Source of the DNA: a virus
Taxonomy: Duplodnaviria; Caudoviricetes
IMG/VR virus record: IMGVR_UViG_3300035670_000190
Coordinates: 1,576 to 65,575 of that record
Length of the DNA stretch: 64,000 bases
Direction: 5' to 3' (one strand)
Part shown: in pieces, positions 51,897 to 60,979 of the stretch
Numbering within the stretch: the first letter of the stretch is position 1
How the letters are laid out: the number at the start of each line of letters is the position of its first letter
The notes under the pieces: model-generated
The model's input: only the letters and a program-made list of their open reading frames with translations
The model's database searches: none
What the model was told of the DNA's origin: nothing
Program-made: the position numbers and the translations under genes

Positions 51897-52897
51897 TGTT
51901 ATCAAGTCAACATTTTTATCATAGAACTATTCGTAAAATGGTTGTTGCGTTTGGAACCATTTTCAATAACATCAAATTGGTACGATATAATAAAGCAGGC
52001 ACTGTAGAAATAGAAAGAGTAACAGTACCATTATCTTATGCGCAAAAAGAAAAATTTTATGCACGTATTACTCAAGACCCCAATTTAGCTCAGCCAGTTC
52101 AAATTAATTTACCGAGAATGAGTTTTGAGTTAGATTCTATTTCATATGACCCTTTGAGAAAAACTAGCAATTATAATGAAACGTATACACCAAATAATTC
52201 TACTTCAGTAAAATCTTATCGAGCTGTTCCATATAATTTTGATTTTAGTTTAAACATATATGTTCGCAACGTAGAAGATGGAACACAAATAGTAGAGCAA
52301 ATTTTACCATATTTTAATCCCGATTTAACAATTACGGGCGATCTTTTGGGGTTTGGTAAAAATATAGATCTTCCTATAATTTTACAATCGATTAATTCTA
52401 CAGTAAATTCTGAGGGATTGCCAGATCCCACTCGTATGATAATTTGGACATTAACATTTACATTAAAAGGTTTTATGTTTGGTCCAGTTGCAAACGCCAA
52501 TATTATACGAACCGCTACAGCCAACACATATGATAGCACATTTAATCTCTCTGGTACTAGAGAATTTACTCTAGATGGTTCTACTGGAAATGGAATATTT
52601 AAATTTGGCGAATTGATTTATGAGGGTAAAACACTTGCAAGTGCAAATGCTACTGCGTTTGTAGAATCTTGGACACCTAGCTCTAACACTTTATTGGTAG
52701 TAGATACCAATGGAGTTTTCAACACAGGAAAATATATTTTTGGCGCTGTTTCTAACGCAGCCTACAATTTAGTTTCTAGCGCAGAAGTTGCAGGTCAATT
52801 AAATAACATAGTAATTACTCCTGACCCACTAAGTGCTAATGTTAGCACGGCATTTGGGTTTGACACTACAATTGAAGAAGCTCCAAATATAACATAG
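51896..52897 (+). CDS. gp15: tail sheath stabiliser/terminator
   Basis: FYH.TIRK.V.AFGT.FN, VPL.Y..KEKF, LPRMSFE and QIVEQILPYF.P motifs. Confidence 0.95.
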   Translation: MLSSQHFYHRTIRKMVVAFGTIFNNIKLVRYNKAGTVEIERVTVPLSYAQKEKFYARITQDPNLAQPVQINLPRMSFELDSISYDPLRKTSNYNETYTPNNSTSVKSYRAVPYNFDFSLNIYVRNVEDGTQIVEQILPYFNPDLTITGDLLGFGKNIDLPIILQSINSTVNSEGLPDPTRMIIWTLTFTLKGFMFGPVANANIIRTATANTYDSTFNLSGTREFTLDGSTGNGIFKFGELIYEGKTLASANATAFVESWTPSSNTLLVVDTNGVFNTGKYIFGAVSNAAYNLVSSAEVAGQLNNIVITPDPLSANVSTAFGFDTTIEEAPNIT

Positions 52898-52901
52898 TTT
52901 T

Positions 52902-53318
52902 ATGAGTGAAGTAGATAAAAATCTAGCAGAAATTTTAAATACAGATTATGTTCCTGCGGTGAAAGAAGATAGCAAACCAATCACCATTCATCAGGACGAA
53001 TCTGTAGATCCAGACGCACATTATTCTCGTGCGAATTACTATAATCTAATCGAGAAAGGCAACGAGGCTCTTGATGGAATCCTAGACGTTGCTCGAGAGT
53101 CACAACATCCAAGAGCATACGAAGTTGCTGCAAACATGATCAAGAATCTCTCTGACGTCACAGAGAAACTTATGATTCTTCAGAAACAGCAGCAAGAATT
53201 AAAACCAAAAGAGCAGCAAACAACTCAAACTAATATTAATGTCGACAAAGCAGTGTTCGTTGGAAGCACAGCTGATCTATTGAAGAAGCTAAAGAATGAA
53301 TCTAGTAGCGAGAGTTAA
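52902..53318 (+). CDS. gp16: terminase small subunit
   Basis: Y.R.N...LI.KG..A, HPRAYEV and FVGST.DL.K motifs. Confidence 0.93.
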   Translation: MSEVDKNLAEILNTDYVPAVKEDSKPITIHQDESVDPDAHYSRANYYNLIEKGNEALDGILDVARESQHPRAYEVAANMIKNLSDVTEKLMILQKQQQELKPKEQQTTQTNINVDKAVFVGSTADLLKKLKNESSSES

Positions 53319-54936
53319 ACATTATCTTGGGAATCCCAATTTAAAGCGTGTGAACATGCCAATGCAGCTCACGGAAGATCAGATCCGTGAGTTCATTCGT
53401 TGCTCCAAAGACCCAATCCATTTTATCGAAAACTACGTCAAGATCATTACGCTCGATAAAGGTTTTGTTCAAATCTCTTTGTATCCTTTTCAGCGTCAAG
53501 CGATTACTGACATTAACGAAAATCGACGTGTGATAGTAAAAGCAGGTCGTCAGGTCGGTAAGACCACAATGGTTGTTGGATATATCCTCTGGTATATTCT
53601 TTTCAATGAAGATAAATTTGTAGCGATCCTAGCCAACAAAGCTCCAACAGCTCGCGAAATTTTGAATCGTATTAAAATTGCTTATGAATCTCTGCCGATG
53701 TGGTTGCAGCAAGGTGTTCGTGTTTGGAACAAGGGTGACATTGAACTCGAAAATAACTGTCGTGTCATGGCAACATCAACTGCGTCAAGCGCCATCCGTG
53801 GTTATTCTATCTCGCTACTATATCTTGATGAGTTTGCATTCGTTCCGACGAATATTGCTGATGAATTTTTTACTTCTGTCTATCCTACGATTTCTTCAGG
53901 CACGCAGTCTAAGATTTTGATTTCATCTACTCCAAACGGAATGAATCACTATTATCGAATGTGGACCGAAGCTGTTGAAGGACAAAATGGATTTAAACAT
54001 ATTGAAGCAAACTGGCGTCAGGTTCCAGGGCGCGATCAATCATGGGCAGATGATCAAAGACGCATTCTTGGAGAAGAAAAGTTTTCGCAAGAAATGGAAT
54101 GCGAGTTCATGGGCTCGGCTGGAACTTTGTTGTCAGCAGCTGCTCTCAAGTCTCTTGCATTCGTAACTCCTCTACATTCATCGGATATTGGTGTAAAAAT
54201 TTATCAGCAGCCAACAGAAAATCGTAGCTACATTATAGTTTGTGATACTTCTCGCGGCAAAGGTTTAGATTACTCTGCTTTTACAGTAATCGATGTGACT
54301 TCAATCCCATATAAACTTGTGGCTACTTATAAAGATAACAATGTGAGTCCTCAAGTGTACCCAGGAATTATTAAAAAAGTTGGCGAATACTATAACAATG
54401 CATTTGCTTTAATAGAAATTAATGATAACGGTCAACAAGTTGTTGATACGTTGTTTGAAGACTATGATTATGAGAATATTCTTTCTACCATCGCAGCAAA
54501 GGGTAAAAAAGACAAAATTTCCCTTACATGGGGATATGGAAATAAATCTCAACGAGGGATACGAACTACTAAATCCGTGAAACGACTTGGATGCTCCAAT
54601 TTAAAACACCTCATTGAAAATCAAAAACTCATTATACAAGATTTTGATACTATAGCAGAGTTTTCTACCTTTATATCTAAAGGAAGTAGCTTTGAAGCAG
54701 AAGATGGCTCTCATGACGACTTAGTTATGTGTTTAGTGTTATTTGCTTGGACAACAAATCAAGCCTTTTTTGCCGATTTGACCAATACAAATATCAAGCA
54801 AAAACTCTACGAAGAGCAATTGAAACAGATTGAAGATGAATCGTTGCCCAACTTTTTAGCTGGGCATGATGAGATAGACAACCCCAATAAGACGTTTATT
54901 TCTGATGGAGCTGTTTGGAATATAGTTGACAAGTGA
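53296..54936 (+). CDS. gp17: terminase large subunit
   Basis: YLGNPNLK, Walker A RQVGKT, Walker B YLDEFAF, STPNG, nuclease D..RG.G.DYS and HDDLVM; no intein or intron apparent. Confidence 0.97.
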   Translation: MNLVARVKHYLGNPNLKRVNMPMQLTEDQIREFIRCSKDPIHFIENYVKIITLDKGFVQISLYPFQRQAITDINENRRVIVKAGRQVGKTTMVVGYILWYILFNEDKFVAILANKAPTAREILNRIKIAYESLPMWLQQGVRVWNKGDIELENNCRVMATSTASSAIRGYSISLLYLDEFAFVPTNIADEFFTSVYPTISSGTQSKILISSTPNGMNHYYRMWTEAVEGQNGFKHIEANWRQVPGRDQSWADDQRRILGEEKFSQEMECEFMGSAGTLLSAAALKSLAFVTPLHSSDIGVKIYQQPTENRSYIIVCDTSRGKGLDYSAFTVIDVTSIPYKLVATYKDNNVSPQVYPGIIKKVGEYYNNAFALIEINDNGQQVVDTLFEDYDYENILSTIAAKGKKDKISLTWGYGNKSQRGIRTTKSVKRLGCSNLKHLIENQKLIIQDFDTIAEFSTFISKGSSFEAEDGSHDDLVMCLVLFAWTTNQAFFADLTNTNIKQKLYEEQLKQIEDESLPNFLAGHDEIDNPNKTFISDGAVWNIVDK

Positions 54937-54949
54937 AAAATAGGATTTT

Positions 54950-54957
54950 ACTAAATA
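54950..54957 (+). promoter_or_regulatory. probable late promoter ACTAAATA
   Basis: Intergenic, upstream of the AGGAG RBS of gp18. Confidence 0.65.
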
Positions 54958-54998
54958 ATTCGTAGATTTCTTAAATCTCCATTTATAGGAGCAAAAAC

Positions 54999-56699
54999 AT
55001 GGCTTTTCAAGTATCACCAGGTGTGAATGTAACCGAAGTTGACGCAACTACAGTTGTTCCTGCCGTTTCCACTTCAACTGGAGCGATTGCAGGCGGATTC
55101 CAATGGGGTCCAGTAGATGTTCCACGTCTCGTTTCTTCTGAAGACGAACTCGTAGAACTTTTTGGCAAACCTAATGCAGACACTTATCTAACTTTTTTCA
55201 CTGCAGCAAACTTTTTGTCTTACAGCAACAGTTTGTTTGTATCTCGTGCAGCTGCAGCAACTCTAAATTCAGCAGTAACATTGAACGTTAGCTCCAGTGG
55301 TGCAAACGTTACAGTTAAAAACGAAGAAGATTATTTCAACAATCACTTCACTGCATCAAGTGCAGATTTTTATTTTGCTGCACGCTATCCAGGATCTTTG
55401 GGTAACTCGCTAAAAATAGCAGTTATTGCTGATTCTAATACTGCAAGTTTCGACGCAGCTAACACAGGTGGATATCATATCTACTTTGATAAGGCTCCAG
55501 GCACCTCTGTGTGGGCAGAAGGAAATGCAAATACTGCTGCTAATGATGAGATGCATATTGCTGTTGTTGACGAAGATGGCTCTATCTCAGGAACTGCAAA
55601 TACAGTTCTAGAAAGATTCGCCAACGTTTCAAAAGCAACAAATGCTAAGGATGAATCTGGTGTTAGCTTATATTACCGCGATGTAATTTATCGCAACTCT
55701 CGCTACGTCTATGCTATGGGTCAAAATAACGCAACATGGGGTGTAGCAGCAAACTCAGATCACCTATTCGAAGGAAGCAATTTTACTATCTCCTTCACAC
55801 AAGGTACTGATGGTTCTGTAGTAGATGGTAATGTTCAAACTGCTTATGCTCAGTTCGCTTCATCTGATAACGTTGACATCAGCCTAGTGATGGCAGGTGG
55901 ACATAGCCAAACAGTAGCAGCAAATACAATTACTCTAGCTGCTGGTCGTCGCGACTGCGTCGCGTTTGTATCACCAGCCCTAGCAAATGTTCAAGCTGCT
56001 GACCCTGTAACTGCAGTTGTCAACTATCGTAACAATGCTCTTTCAAACGTATCCAGCTCCTTCGCAGTAATGGATAGCGGTTGGAAGTATCAATACGACA
56101 AATATAACGATCTATATCGTTGGATTCCATGTAACGGTGACGTTGCTGGTCTCTGCGCTCGTACCGATGCTGATCGTGATCCATGGTTCTCACCAGCTGG
56201 ATTCAATCGCGGTCAACTACGCAATGTTGTAAAATTAGCTTTCAATCCAAATAAAGCACAACGCGATGAGTTGTATAAAGCAGGAATTAACCCAGTTGTT
56301 TCTTTCCCAGGAGAAGGTACTGTTCTCTTTGGTGATAAGACGCTATTGTCTAAACCATCTGCTTTTGATCGCATTAACGTTCGTCGTCTCTTTATTGTTC
56401 TCGAAAAAGCTATTGCGCGCGCCGCAAGAGCTCAATTGTTTGAGTTCAATGATGAGTTTACACGCGCTCAGTTCGTCAACCTAGTAGAGCCATTCCTACG
56501 ACTCGTCCAAGGTCGTCGCGGTATCTATGACTTCCGTGTTGTTTGCGATGAAACAAACAATACACCAGAAGTTATTGACCGCAACGAATTCATCGGCGAC
56601 ATCTATATCAAACCAGCTAAAGCCATCAACTATATTCAGTTGAACTTTGTTGCTGTAAGAACTGGTGTTTCCTTTGACGAAATCGTTGGACGCTTCTAA
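54999..56699 (+). CDS. gp18: tail sheath protein
   Basis: SPGV...E.D, F.WGP, PW.SPAG.NRG and SAFDRINVRRLF motifs. Confidence 0.97.
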   Translation: MAFQVSPGVNVTEVDATTVVPAVSTSTGAIAGGFQWGPVDVPRLVSSEDELVELFGKPNADTYLTFFTAANFLSYSNSLFVSRAAAATLNSAVTLNVSSSGANVTVKNEEDYFNNHFTASSADFYFAARYPGSLGNSLKIAVIADSNTASFDAANTGGYHIYFDKAPGTSVWAEGNANTAANDEMHIAVVDEDGSISGTANTVLERFANVSKATNAKDESGVSLYYRDVIYRNSRYVYAMGQNNATWGVAANSDHLFEGSNFTISFTQGTDGSVVDGNVQTAYAQFASSDNVDISLVMAGGHSQTVAANTITLAAGRRDCVAFVSPALANVQAADPVTAVVNYRNNALSNVSSSFAVMDSGWKYQYDKYNDLYRWIPCNGDVAGLCARTDADRDPWFSPAGFNRGQLRNVVKLAFNPNKAQRDELYKAGINPVVSFPGEGTVLFGDKTLLSKPSAFDRINVRRLFIVLEKAIARAARAQLFEFNDEFTRAQFVNLVEPFLRLVQGRRGIYDFRVVCDETNNTPEVIDRNEFIGDIYIKPAKAINYIQLNFVAVRTGVSFDEIVGRF

Positions 56700-56705
56700 T
56701 AAATA
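56698..56705 (+). promoter_or_regulatory. probable late promoter AATAAATA
   Basis: Overlaps the gp18 stop, upstream of the AGGAG RBS of gp19. Confidence 0.6.
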
Positions 56706-56728
56706 GATAAAGTCAGGAGAAACACACA

Positions 56729-57298
56729 ATGGCTTTTAACGTAAATCAATTTCGTACACAGCTCCAAGGTGACGGTGCGCGTCCTAATCTGTTTGAAGTA
56801 AGTTTGAACTTTCCTTCTTACGTCACAAACAGATTGACAGCAAGTGTAAAGTCCTCATTCATGGTGAAGACTGCTCAATTGCCAGGATCAACAGTAGGTA
56901 TCGTTCCAGTTCAATACTTCGGTCGCGAAGTAAAAGTTGCTGGAAATCGTACCTTTGCTGATTGGACAGTAAGCATTCTAAACGATGAAGACTTTATCAT
57001 TCGCAACGCCATGGATGCTTGGGTTCGTGGAATCAATGACAACGAAACAAACCTTCGCTCAGCACTTACAACGCAAGAATATTCCGTTGATGCGCTTGTG
57101 AAGCAATATTCAAAAGATGGTAACATCATCAAAGAATACAAGTTCGTTGGAATGTTCCCAACCGATGTTGCTCCAATCGATCTAGACTGGGGTTCAAACG
57201 ACACAATCGAAGAATACTCAGTGACATTCAGCTATCAGTACTGGGTCGAAGGAACAGCTCGTTCACCAATTCCTTCTTCACTCGGTCCTTTGGGCTAA
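56729..57298 (+). CDS. gp19: tail tube protein
   Basis: GARPNLFEV, GR..K.AG.RTF..W and FPT....IDL......IEE..VTF.Y.YW motifs. Confidence 0.96.
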   Translation: MAFNVNQFRTQLQGDGARPNLFEVSLNFPSYVTNRLTASVKSSFMVKTAQLPGSTVGIVPVQYFGREVKVAGNRTFADWTVSILNDEDFIIRNAMDAWVRGINDNETNLRSALTTQEYSVDALVKQYSKDGNIIKEYKFVGMFPTDVAPIDLDWGSNDTIEEYSVTFSYQYWVEGTARSPIPSSLGPLG

Positions 57299-57306
57299 TT
57301 TGATGC

Positions 57307-57333
57307 GGGGGAGGAAAATCCTCCCCCTTCTTT
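57307..57333 (+). terminator. intrinsic terminator after gp19
   Basis: GGGGGAGGA-AAA-TCCTCCCCC hairpin followed by TTCTTT. Confidence 0.85.
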
Positions 57334-57348
57334 ATGATGGAGTAATGC

Positions 57349-58971
57349 ATGGCAATAAATCTATTCGGATTTGAATTAGTCAGAAAAAAAACTTCTGATC
57401 AAGTTCAACCTCAAATCTCAGCGCCCATTTCAGATGATGGTGCTATCAGTGTTACATCAGGTGGATACTTTGGGACATATTTAGATCTTGAAGCTAGTTT
57501 TAAAACTGAGGCTGATTTAGTAACTAGATATCGTGAGATGTCTATGCAACCTGAGCTAGAATCTGCAGTTGATGACATTGTTAATGAGTCCATTGTTCAT
57601 GACGTTTCAGGTAAATCAGTGTCTATCATAGTAGATGATTTAGAACAACCAGATAATATTAAAGATATGATTCGCGAAGAATTCGCCAATGTTCTTCGCT
57701 TGCTAGATTTTTCTAATTCTGGAAATGATATTTTTCGTAACTGGTATATTGATGGTAGATTATTCTATCAAGTTTTACTTGATGAAAAACAACCACGTCT
57801 AGGGATTCAAGAATTAGTTTATATTGATCCGCGTAAAATCAAAAAAGTTAGAAATCTAATTAAGAAAAAAGATCAAAGAACGGGTGTAGAAGTTATTGCG
57901 GGCATTCAAGAATTTTACGTTTATAATGATAAAATCAACACTCAAGGTCAAAATTTAGTTTCATCAGTCGGTGACGCCTCAGTTAAAATTGCGCCAGATG
58001 CTATTGTAAACATTAATTCTGGTCTTTCTGACGCCAAAAGAAGTATTGTTTTGGGCTATTTACATAAAGCAATCAAACCACTCAATCAATTAAGAATGGT
58101 TGAAGATGCTGTGGTAATTTATCGCCTTTCTCGTGCTCCAGAACGTCGTGTGTTCTACATTGACGTTGGTAATATGCCAAAAATTAAAGCAGAACAATAT
58201 CTCCGCGATATCATGACTAAATTCCGCAACAAAGTTGTTTATGACTCTGCTACAGGCGAAGTCAAAGACGATCGTAAGTTTATGTCAATGATGGAAGATT
58301 TCTGGATTCCTCGTCGTGGCGAAGGTAAATCAACTGAAATTACAACTTTGCCACCAGGGCAACAACTTGGTGAAATGGGCGATGTAAAATACTTTGAAGA
58401 AAAGTTATATAAGTCTTTAAATGTGCCTGTTTCAAGACTACTGCCGCAGCAAGGATTTAGTCTAGGTAGAACAGCAGAAATTACACGAGATGAATTAAAA
58501 TTCAGTAAATTCGTTGAACGTTTAAGATCTAAATTTAGCACTCTATTCGACGAATTGATGCAAAGACAACTAGCCCTAAAGGGTGTTTGCTCAATCGACG
58601 AATGGAAAGAAATGAAAGAATATATTCATTATGATTTCCTCAAGGATAACAATTTTACTGAATTGAAGGAAGCTGAGTTGATGGCGACCAGATTACAACT
58701 TATGAATCAAATCGATCCATATGTTGGAACATACTTTTCTAAAGCATGGGTCAAAAAACACGTTCTTCAATTTGATGAAGAAGGTATTGAGCGTATGGAA
58801 ACTGAGATAGCTGAAGAAATGAGCGGAGAAGAATCTGTAGAAAATGCTCCAACCGCAAATCTTACAGCATCTAATATTACCGCTCCATCAAGTCAAGCAA
58901 ATATGCAACAGAAAAATGCACAAATTAGCAATAATGATGTGAATGACGCATTTAATACAGAATTAAACTAA
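57349..58971 (+). CDS. gp20: portal vertex protein
   Basis: WYIDGR, YLHKAIK..NQLRM.EDA.VIYRLSRAPERR.FYIDVGN and EITRDELKF motifs. Confidence 0.97.
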   Translation: MAINLFGFELVRKKTSDQVQPQISAPISDDGAISVTSGGYFGTYLDLEASFKTEADLVTRYREMSMQPELESAVDDIVNESIVHDVSGKSVSIIVDDLEQPDNIKDMIREEFANVLRLLDFSNSGNDIFRNWYIDGRLFYQVLLDEKQPRLGIQELVYIDPRKIKKVRNLIKKKDQRTGVEVIAGIQEFYVYNDKINTQGQNLVSSVGDASVKIAPDAIVNINSGLSDAKRSIVLGYLHKAIKPLNQLRMVEDAVVIYRLSRAPERRVFYIDVGNMPKIKAEQYLRDIMTKFRNKVVYDSATGEVKDDRKFMSMMEDFWIPRRGEGKSTEITTLPPGQQLGEMGDVKYFEEKLYKSLNVPVSRLLPQQGFSLGRTAEITRDELKFSKFVERLRSKFSTLFDELMQRQLALKGVCSIDEWKEMKEYIHYDFLKDNNFTELKEAELMATRLQLMNQIDPYVGTYFSKAWVKKHVLQFDEEGIERMETEIAEEMSGEESVENAPTANLTASNITAPSSQANMQQKNAQISNNDVNDAFNTELN

Positions 58972-58974
58972 ATA
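58967..58974 (+). promoter_or_regulatory. probable late promoter ACTAAATA
   Basis: Overlaps the gp20 stop and precedes a GGAG RBS. Confidence 0.55.
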
Positions 58975-58990
58975 ATAATTGGAGAAATTT

Positions 58991-59182
58991 ATGGACAGTG
59001 TAAAGATTGTAGATGCTGCTATAGCAGGTGATAAAGAAAGTTTTATGGCTGCTTTTAATTCAGCTATAGCAGATAAGGTGGGTGATGCTCTAGAAGTTAA
59101 AAAAGTTGAAGTCGCATCATCATTAATAACAGCACCAGAAACAGAAGTAGAAATAGATGAACCTACAAATGTTGAGACATAA
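58991..59182 (+). CDS. small acidic prohead core protein (gp67-like)
   Basis: Position after the portal; F...I..KV.DALE.KK..VA with an acidic tail; ATG 58991 follows GGAG. Confidence 0.7.
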   Translation: MDSVKIVDAAIAGDKESFMAAFNSAIADKVGDALEVKKVEVASSLITAPETEVEIDEPTNVET

Positions 59183-59981
59183 ATTGAAGGAAGCGTCGAT
59201 GGAGAATCAACCGACTCAAATGAAGTCGTTAACGAAGTCGAAGCCTCCAGTGCAAGCTAAGGATCTTAACGCTCCTAAAATTGCAATGTTAGCTAGAGCT
59301 GGTCTTTTAAAAACCAGCGAATTACCTATGCTTCGCATTGCAATGGCACGACATAAAAAAGTGGGTGATATTGCTCGTTTATCTAAACCACATCGTGATA
59401 TTATTCAAAAATATCAAGATGCAATGTCAGGTGCTGCTTTACAATCAACACAATCTTTGATGGCTCTTCGTAAAAATTTAATGAATAATAGTTACGATAT
59501 TTTAGATGGAGAACAAATTTCAGAATCTATTTTAAAAAATGAAGTTAATCCTCCACCTATGCTTGTTCTTAAAAGAAAAGGCATTAGAATTTTTCCAGAT
59601 GGTCGTCGCGTAGCATTGTATACAAACGATAAAATGGGATTAGTCTTCACAATCCCATATCAAGGTTCCGGAACTTCAACAGAAGTAATCCCTGGTGTGC
59701 AATCAGAAGAAACAGAAAACGATATTATGGAAAGCCTGGAACAAGTTTCTGCCTACGCGCAACAAGAATCACCAAAAGCTGCAGCAAAACATATGAAGTT
59801 TGCTGATGGTTCTAAGCTCAAAGTCAGTCATGGTGCAGCAAAAGCCATTCATATGGTTCATGGTGCATTGAATGATAAAAACAAAAAGAAATTTGCTGAT
59901 ATGCTTACTCATCCAAAAGGATTTGAGAAAGCAGCGCACTTTGCTCTAAGCAGAGTTAAGTTTACTATTGGTGACGAATGA
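59157..59981 (+). CDS. hypothetical head-module protein (possible internal/core protein)
   Basis: Lies between the gp67-like and gp68-like genes; PP.MLVLKRKGIR.FPDG.RVALY segment. Confidence 0.65.
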   Translation: MNLQMLRHKLKEASMENQPTQMKSLTKSKPPVQAKDLNAPKIAMLARAGLLKTSELPMLRIAMARHKKVGDIARLSKPHRDIIQKYQDAMSGAALQSTQSLMALRKNLMNNSYDILDGEQISESILKNEVNPPPMLVLKRKGIRIFPDGRRVALYTNDKMGLVFTIPYQGSGTSTEVIPGVQSEETENDIMESLEQVSAYAQQESPKAAAKHMKFADGSKLKVSHGAAKAIHMVHGALNDKNKKKFADMLTHPKGFEKAAHFALSRVKFTIGDE

Positions 59982-60295
59982 GTTTAATTTCGCAAATAGT
60001 CAGAGAAATTATTGCGGAAGCGCGCAAACCGAATAGAAATATTCAAAAAATGGGGCGTGCGAAAATTATTCGCATTCGTATTCGTGGTGGAAAAATCCAA
60101 CGCAGAAAAAAACTTTCTGCTGTAAAGGGCTATACGATTCGTGGTGGAAAGATGATTCGTATAGGACCACGTGAAAGATTAAAGAGAAAACTAGGTGCTC
60201 GTAGAGCTAAAATTAAAAGAAGGGCAAAACTCGCAAGAGCTTTGATTCGTAGAAAGAGAACAATGCGCCGAAGAAAGGCATTGGGGTTAAAATAG
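59978..60295 (+). CDS. Arg/Lys-rich prohead core protein (gp68-like)
   Basis: Very basic, directly before gp21; ends RKR..RRRKALGL. Confidence 0.7.
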   Translation: MSLISQIVREIIAEARKPNRNIQKMGRAKIIRIRIRGGKIQRRKKLSAVKGYTIRGGKMIRIGPRERLKRKLGARRAKIKRRAKLARALIRRKRTMRRRKALGLK

Positions 60296-60940
60296 ATGAA
60301 ACTTATTACCGAAACAATCGAAGAAGTAAAAATGATCACCGAAGAAAAGAATGGTGTCAAGTCCCTTTACATTCAAGGACCATTTCTTGTTGCTGAGATG
60401 AAAAATCGCAACGGTCGTATGTATAAAACAGAAACTTTAAAAAAAGAAGTTGACCGTTATAACGAGGAATATGTTCAAAAAAAACGCGCATTCGGCGAAT
60501 TGGGTCATCCAGACTCACCATCTATAAATCTAGATCGCGTTTCTCATCTTATCACTTCATTGAAGCAAGAAGGCAATCAATGGATTGGTAAAGCAAAAAT
60601 TCTTGAAACACCAATGGGTAAAATCGCTAAGTCTCTAATGGAAGGCGGTGCTACTCTTGGCGTCTCTTCACGTGGCATGGGATCCTTAAAGGAAGTCAAC
60701 GGTGTCAACGTGGTTCAAGATGACTATTATCTAGCCACAGCGGCAGATATCGTTGCAGATCCATCTGCTCCAGGTGCCTTTGTTCAAGGCATTATGGAAG
60801 GTAAGGAATGGGTTTGGGACAATGGTAAGGTCAAGGAAGTAAATATCAATGAGTACTATAATCAAATCAAAACTGCTAAACAAAAGCAAATTGACGAAAT
60901 TTCACTCAAGATATTCGAAAATTTCTTGTCAAAACTTTAA
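60296..60940 (+). CDS. gp21: prohead protease
   Basis: MKLITE, NRNGR.Y, GELGHP, GVSSRG.GS and D.VADPSAP.A motifs. Confidence 0.97.
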   Translation: MKLITETIEEVKMITEEKNGVKSLYIQGPFLVAEMKNRNGRMYKTETLKKEVDRYNEEYVQKKRAFGELGHPDSPSINLDRVSHLITSLKQEGNQWIGKAKILETPMGKIAKSLMEGGATLGVSSRGMGSLKEVNGVNVVQDDYYLATAADIVADPSAPGAFVQGIMEGKEWVWDNGKVKEVNINEYYNQIKTAKQKQIDEISLKIFENFLSKL

Positions 60941-60944
60941 ATTT

Positions 60945-60952
60945 TATAAATA
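60945..60952 (+). promoter_or_regulatory. T4-type late promoter TATAAATA
   Basis: Exact consensus upstream of the gp22 AGGAG RBS. Confidence 0.88.
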
Positions 60953-60979
60953 ATATTAACCTCTTCAGGAGTTTTACAA

